A stretch of 39,115 bases of DNA from Octopus bimaculoides (Eukaryota): NCBI RefSeq assembly GCF_001194135.2, contig NC_068985.1, positions 61,999,179-62,038,293 of the forward strand, read 5' to 3'. Positions 32,483 through 39,115 of the stretch are shown piece after piece. Positions within the stretch are counted from its first letter, which is position 1, and the number at the start of each line of letters is the position of its first letter. A program made the position numbers and the translations under genes. Below the pieces are notes generated by a model. It made no database searches and had not been told where the DNA came from. It saw only the letters and a program-made list of their open reading frames with translations.

Positions 32483-33321
32483 CGGCGGTAGAAACTGTCC
32501 CTCGTTCTCTGTCAGATGTCTAACGCAAGCGCGCGGCTCATTTCGTAAAAGAGAAAATGTTTTATCTGCGAAAATACACAAACCTTTTATTTGACTTTTT
32601 TCCTTGCGTTCGTTCAGTAGGGGAAAGGTAATACTATTTGTATTGACACTTGTGCCAACTGAACTATTTTAGTGCTAGATAAAAAGGACTTCTTTTCTTT
32701 CCCTTCCCTCTTCCGTCTTCCTCTAACTCTACCCCCACCACCCACCACCACCACCTCAACCTAGACTAGTGTCTTAGTTTTCTTAAACACGCTCTTTTAT
32801 GCTCGACTTCGAAAATGTTTCTTTCCTTATGATGTCAACTAATTATTTGTCGCGTTTCTGATCTATTAAGGAGGGGCGAACTTTATACTATCCGTTTTCA
32901 TTCTGTGAATGGAATTTTGAGAAAATGTCTTTTTTAACAATTAAAGTGTGTATTTACTTAAGAGTTATCAGCAAACTGACTTCTGTTCTTCCCAGTTCAT
33001 TTCAACATAAAACAAAACACAACTGCAGTGTTACTTGGAAAACTTGTTGTTCACATCTAGCTACTGTTTCCTTTCTGCTGCTGTTGATATGTTTACATTT
33101 ACTACTACTGCTACGGCTGCTGCTGCTGCTACTACTAGAGCCGCTGCTGATGCTGCTGTTGCTGATGCTACTGCTGCTGATGCTGAGAGTCAACAATATA
33201 TAGCAGCTATTCCCAAGCTTTTTACGTCCCGCAAACTCTCTCGCTTTGGTATTCCACCTACAAAACAAAACTTTATTGTAAAGGGTCGCACAAGACTACA
33301 TAAGATTATGATAACAGCAAC

Positions 33322-33421
33322 AATAATGGTTTCAAATTTTGGCACAAGGCCAGCAATTTCGGGTGAAAACTTGGCGGCATTTCGTCCGGTGTGCTAACGA
33401 TTCTGCCAGCTCGCTGCCTTC
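33322..33421 (-). mobile_element. Internally deleted family 2 SINE
   Basis: Head GTGCTAACGATTCTGCCAGCTCGCTGCCTTC joined almost directly to tail TTTCAAATTTTGGCACAAGGCCAGCAATT. Confidence 0.75.
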
Positions 33422-33439
33422 ACAATAATGATAATAATA

Positions 33440-35308
33440 GTTCATTCTTTTATTGGCTACAAGAGCCCACATACAAAACATTAAGAGATATACGACAACA
33501 TAAACGACAATAACGGGTTTTCGCGTGTATACAATGTAATGACAAAAAAGTTAAACAAATTAAATGCCCAATAGGGGAGCCGCTTTAAAGTCCACGTGGA
33601 AAACCCCACAAAAGCCACGGGTGCCTGAACAAGAGGACACGAGCCCTTCTCCTTTGATTCCCTTTTTACAGGTGCACGTCCAGAATTAGTCCTTTCATAC
33701 TGGCCATTCTTCCAGTATTTACCCACCTTTCAACAAATTTGCTACAAGGTAACACTTCCCTCTCCATCCTCAACTTCCTTTTCAAGTGAAACTTGAAGAG
33801 GTTGATGAAGGATTGGCCAAAGAGGAAAGTGTCTGTCTTTGGCCCTTTCAAACGGGTCCACCATACTACTTCTTTCGCTACAGCCACTAGACAAATAAAA
33901 GAGGGCGGCGGTGCAATCTTGACAATGGATTCAGCTGATAGCCGGATACGTCTTGCATGCGACAGCAAGTGTTCGACATAGACACAACGGTCAGCAATAC
34001 TCGGTCACTGGACTAGGTCGTGCAGAACGGTTTCATCGTTGTGGGTGCACCTCGGGCAGGCCCGGCTGACGGCACTTCCATGCCTGTAAAGTTTATTTCG
34101 AACAGGCAGCGCCCCTCGGTAGCACTGCCAGGCAAGGGATTTCTGGAAGTTATCCATAGGCCCAGGCCCGAAAGTACTCCGAAAGAGACCGGTTAGTTGA
34201 TCTTCATTGAAGCCCAGAGTTTCCCGGAGAATGTCGCCGCACTTTCCCTCCACTAGCCCTCTATAGAACGCTAGAGTAGAACTACCACTGACTGCATTGC
34301 GCGCCTGACGGAGGGCTGTGAGCGCTTGACGGCACTCGAAGTGCCAAGCGCCCCTCGGTCTACGCCTAATCCAGAATTGCGGCTCAGTCAAAGAGACGAG
34401 CTGTAGAAAAGCGTCTCTCACAAACGGTGACCACACCTACTCACCGCCAAGGAAATGCTGGAGATGCCGCAACCTCAGCACATGTCTGCGCATGAGTAAC
34501 CATGTCCAGCCCTCCATTCAGCGGCTGTTTACAGCAGATGGAGCGCCTGACCAGTGGAACGCGACCCTTCCACAGAAAGCGGAAGTTGGAGGCTTTGAGG
34601 AGTATCCCGCGTGATCTAAGATGTGGGAGAACTGTGTCTGCTTACGCTGGTATTGTCACCGTGATAGTGTCGACCCACAGGCATATAGACCTGATTGACG
34701 AAACACTACAGGAATATGAAGCGATGACAGGAGCAACAACTAACACGGAAAAGTCAGTGGGCTTGCAACTCGGCACTTGGATGGCATGGACTTACTTCTC
34801 CAGGTGCCGAGTTGCAAGCCCACTGACTTTTCCGTGTTAGTTTTTGCTCCTGTCACCGCTTCATATTCTTGTAGTGTTTCACCAATCAGGTTTATATGCC
34901 TGTGGATCGACACTATCACGGTGACAATATCAGCATAAGCAGACACAGTTATCCCACATCCTAGATCACGCGGGACACCCCTCAAAGCCTCCAACTTCCG
35001 CAGTAATGGCTCAAGAGTCAGTGCATACAGAAAGGAAGAGAGAGGGCACCCTTGACGGACCGAACGCAAGATGCTGAATGGCTCTGACAGGTGACAATTC
35101 AACCGAACAACTGAGCAGATGCCGCTGTACAAAGCAGTGATCCAACCGAGGAAAACTGGACCGAAACCGGCTGCCCTGAGGACAGCTACAAAGTATTGAT
35201 GATCTACCTATCAAAGGCTTAGAATTGATCTAAATTGATCAGAGCCCCACCAATCCAGCTTCGTTACTCACCTTCTCTACGATGTTGTGCATAAGATGGA
35301 GGTTATCG

Positions 35309-35312
<4 letters not shown>
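33440..35312 (-). mobile_element. Tx1/L1-type LINE, 3' part of ORF2 with an internal fold-back
   Basis: IHDNLHLMHNIVEK, LINLDQ..AFDR, SVRQGCPLS, VSAYADIV, FRFLWKG...LVRR, zf-RVT-like LAWQCYRGALPVR....CPRC....ETVLH.LVQ, and a 3' UTR with AATAAA. Confidence 0.85.
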
Positions 35313-35378
<66 letters not shown>

Positions 35379-35402
35379 TGATGATGATGATGATGATGAT
35401 AG

Positions 35403-35492
<90 letters not shown>
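35312..35492. repeat. (AAT)n microsatellite with an internal (GAT)n block
   Basis: Direct reading. Confidence 0.95.
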
Positions 35493-36092
35493 GTAACTGG
35501 TGGGATCACAAACCACCTCCAGTGCTTGAAAATGGTCGCATCTCACTCCTCTGGAACTTCACCATTCAAACTGACAGAAAGATAAATGAAAATAGGCCAG
35601 ACATCATATTGAAATACTTCAGACAAATATCATGCCTCCTCATTGATATGACTGTCCCAATCGATATAAACGTATCTGTCAAGACCTACCAAAAACTGAG
35701 CAAGTATAAAGATCTTGAAATAGAAGTTAGCAAAATGTGGCACCTGAAAACTTAAACAATACTTGTTGTCATTGGTGCTCTAGGAATGATAGCAAAAGGA
35801 GCTGATTGCTACCTAGCTCAGATACCAGGAAACCCCAAGATGGCAGAAATTCAAAAGATAGTGCTCATGGGAACTGCCCATATCCTACGTAAAATACTAA
35901 AATTTTAAAACAAACACATAATTTTCTTATGACTTCTTAAACATTTTCTAGAACAACACTATGTACAAAACCAAATATATGCCACCCAAAGCATAACACC
36001 AACACGAACTTCTAAGTTGTTGTCTCTTGAGGTCGCTGGGTGAGACTTGGTGCCAACTTGTACAAATGCAAAGCAAAAATCAAACATAAAAC
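35493..36092 (+). mobile_element. 5'-truncated R4/Dong-type copy F (RLE domain and 3' UTR) embedded in (AAT)n
   Basis: WWDHKPPPVLENGRISLLWNFTIQTDRKINENRPDII...LLIDMTVP.D.NV..K...KLSKYKDLEIEVSKMWHLKT...IQKIVLMGTAHILRKIL. (AAT)n lies on both sides (3' tail 36093-36146). Confidence 0.85.
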
Positions 36093-36146
<54 letters not shown>

Positions 36147-36837
36147 TTAAAGCGTTAGTTTTAAATATTGTATTTAATATCACCTGTCATGAAAAGGTTG
36201 AGACATAATTTTTATGCTTGGCATTCTGTTCTCGATTGTACATAGCTTTAAATACACGTTACCTCACTTAAAGTATAACCTTTTCATCCCACAAGATACA
36301 AACACAAGATACATTTCAATGTTTAGGAAGGACTAGCAGTTTAAAATGTCAAAATCAGTAATTACATATAATCATCATTCAACTCATAAAATAGAAATTA
36401 CTGGAACATTCCAATTAAAATGGCTGCCAATTTCAAGTACAACACGATAGACAAAAGCAGGAATATTTATTTTATATTTAATCAACGGAAAGCCAATGAA
36501 AAGGAAATACTGTAAGAAAAGTTTAAATGGAGACCTCAGCATATGTACCCTCATTCATATTTGTGTCTAGAATTATTAGTGCAATTGATTACGTTACCAA
36601 ATGTTTATGTGGCAAATTTGAAAAGCTAAGTCTCGAGTTCTCGACAAGAACACGAAAATATATTCAGCAGAATATGAAAATCCACCCTGTAAGCGAGACA
36701 GTAAAAATATACGAATTTTTCTAAGTTCAGCATATGTTCTTGCGGTTTGCGGTGTAAATTTCCTCCAAGTAAACACTTTGGAAAGATTACGAGTATGTAC
36801 GTGTGTGTATTTCTGTGTTTATATATATATAAATAAA

Positions 36838-36881
36838 TACATACACACAGACACACAGACATGCACACATAGCACACACAT

Positions 36882-36960
<79 letters not shown>
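36838..36960. repeat. (CA)n microsatellite
   Basis: Direct reading. Confidence 0.95.
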
Positions 36961-37118
36961 TCAGATGCAGATATGTACATAAATATATCTATAAATATTC
37001 TATACACCTCTTGTAATCTTACTAAAGTCGCCTCTGCTCCTCCCATCTAACTGGTCTCGTACCACCTCTACTCAGGCTTGATAAATTCACCCGTACACAC
37101 TCATCACCCAGAACTTAC

Positions 37119-37203
37119 TTCCCAGACAATATATTCCTGCAACTGCCGACTTGCATTTTTCAAGAACATGAACAGTGTCTCAGACCTGCGAGATTCATTT
37201 CTT
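37119..37203 (-). CDS. Candidate internal coding exon (85 nt) of an unidentified host gene
   Basis: Acceptor TATCTTTGTTTGTTCCAG, donor GAA|GTAAGT. One open frame, RNESRRSETLFMFLKNASRQLQEYIVWE; the other two frames contain TGA. Confidence 0.5.
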
Positions 37204-37774
37204 CTGGAACAAACAAAGATACTTGCATACATACATGTGTGTGTGTGTGTGAGTGTGTGAGCGCGCGCGCATGCAAACATATGTACAGATAAGATGGAAG
37301 AGTAGATTGCCAGATGTAGCTATTTAAACACGTATAGAATAATCTGTTTAGAAAATTATGAATATCAAATGTCCAGCTTCCTTTCTGGTAAAGTCAATAT
37401 GACTTATTTCTCACTGACCGAACTGGTCGATAATCTTGCATATGCAATGTACAGCTATTGATTGTATTTAAAGTAGTGTTATGATATACATATTTCCTCG
37501 TCACTAAGCGCACGTGCGCACCCGCACACACACACACACACACACATACGCCCATTTATTAAAAAAAATTTTCTTTTTTGAGGATGGTTAACGTTTGTGA
37601 TCTTTTTGTGGAGATTTAGAGACTGATGAAAGAAAGGAAGGTTGCTGTCACTGTCTTTAAACAAGAGACTCTGCTCCGAATGCTTACAATAGAGTAGATT
37701 CCACTCAAGATCTCTAAGGGCCAGATCGCGGTGTTATGACTAAATCTATCCCTCTTATTCACACAATTTCCATC

Positions 37775-39100
37775 TACCTCATTTCATTCATGACGTTTAG
37801 ATCAACCCGAGGCTATTTTAGTAGACATATACACCAAGGTATTGTTTGAACACATTAGCTGGGAACAGCTTAAGTCACAAAGTTCAATATCTCTTGATAA
37901 GAAGGTTTTTTTTGCAATATCCTTTATTTCTATTCTCCTTTTTGCCATTTGAAAACCAATTCTTCCATTCAGCACGAAGAGCTTTCTTGAAGGACCAATA
38001 ATTGATACATCTAACGACTGCAAGTAAGATGTTGTTTTGGAAGATATAATTTTAAGAATTGTATTCCTATGTTTGAACACTTCTAGGAGCTCTGGTTTCT
38101 TGTGCACTGAGCATTCATCCATGAATAGCACTGAATTTTGAGCATGGAATAGTTGTTCTGTTCTCTGCCCAAACACTTCGTCAGCCCATAACAGCATGTC
38201 ATTTGTGACTGATCCCCTGTTGAAGACTGTTAAGTAGATATTATTTGGGACCTTGATTTTAGGCACATTTTTCGATCCTTTAATCATTGTTTTCAACACC
38301 TTTCCTGCAGCATTAACACACAATACAGCAGCAAAACGAACTTTGGTAGCACTACAGTGGCTAGCATCTACATTTTTATTGCCAACAAAGTCTATAGTTG
38401 TTGAATTCAACATGCCAACGTATACAGGTGTTTCATCCATATTGTAAATATGGTCAGCATCCTTATCTGCTGTTAATACTGGAATGCTATCTAGATAGTC
38501 ACTAGCGATTTGAGTCATTTCTCCAAGTGTTTTATTGTCTGCTTGACCAACATATGTAATCTTTCTCACAGTCAGTTTATTTCATTTCATGAAATTGAAA
38601 ATCCATTTATCAGAACATCTAAAGCTGTTCACTTCAATTCCAAACCATTTTACCAATTCAAAAGTATATTCCTGTAAACGGTGAAATTGTTTGCACGCTG
38701 AACAACAATCCACTATAAGGGTTCAATCTCTAGATCTCTATGTGCTGGTCCTCTAACTTCACTAATTGATCTGTGCCTCCTCTTGTCTGACATAATAATT
38801 AACTCATGTCTCTTGACGCAGCAGATAAATTGTCAGAATGTTCTTTCATTCGTTTAATAGCACTGTTTTTCACTAATGGTATATGATCGTTAAATACGTT
38901 TTGATATATTTTCTTTCGATTCCATTATTGGGAATAAAAAAACCTTTGAATTTATCTACAGACGTAGAGAAAATGAACGTTTAAACAGAATGCAAACAAG
39001 AATACTAACTCTGCTTCATGTTTTTACCACAAATAACCACCGTTCCAAATAAACGCCCATGGGCGATCTAATGGATGGGTGAATTTTCGGAAAAACCCGG
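37775..39100 (-). mobile_element. pogo/Tigger-like DNA transposon
   Basis: The right end reads TA-CCGGGTTTTTCCGAAAAT inward and is followed by (TA)n. The left TIR is only weakly recognisable (TTAGATCAACCC vs TTAGATCGCCC), so the left boundary is approximate. Confidence 0.7.
37802..38930 (-). pseudogene. pogo-type transposase (CENP-B-like HTH plus DDE_1) with stops and frameshifts
   Basis: IYNMDETPV, VLFMDECSVH, TTSYLQSLDVS in the 255-aa ORF. Upstream FRCSDKWIFNFMK*NKLTVRK and DLEIE..WIVVQR are HTH-type motifs. Confidence 0.85.
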
Positions 39101-39115
39101 TATATATATATATAT

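Overview
AT-rich, microsatellite-dense eukaryotic genomic scaffold with N-gaps (main gaps 7324-8230, 9189-9555, 20930-21562, 22710-22927, 25272-25947, 30477-30755, 32212-32436). The SINE types and microsatellite spectrum suggest an octopod cephalopod (Octopus); this is inference from recognition, not a search. Most ORFs in the supplied track are microsatellite or gap artefacts. The window is largely a transposon graveyard. DNA transposons: a rearranged mariner, a second mariner-derived inverted repeat, a full-length decayed Tc1, a Chapaev3-type element with TTA target-site duplication, a pogo-like element, and a Helentron-type non-autonomous element carrying a Gypsy integrase fragment. Retroelements: two tRNA-derived SINE families, a Tx1/L1-type LINE with a fold-back, and a ~9.4 kb same-strand array of R4/Dong-type restriction-endonuclease LINEs sitting in (TAA)n-type repeats. 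Two things are not explained by those calls. (1) Five type I hammerhead-ribozyme-like motifs with palindromic loop 3 and mostly long, structured stem II inserts; four cluster within 3 kb, and two belong to one ~320-bp non-autonomous element family. (2) Two minus-strand candidate exons with good splice signals (37119-37203, and a Cys-rich terminal exon at 3589-3746), which would make nearly the whole window intronic. All family assignments come from motif recognition by eye; no database was searched.
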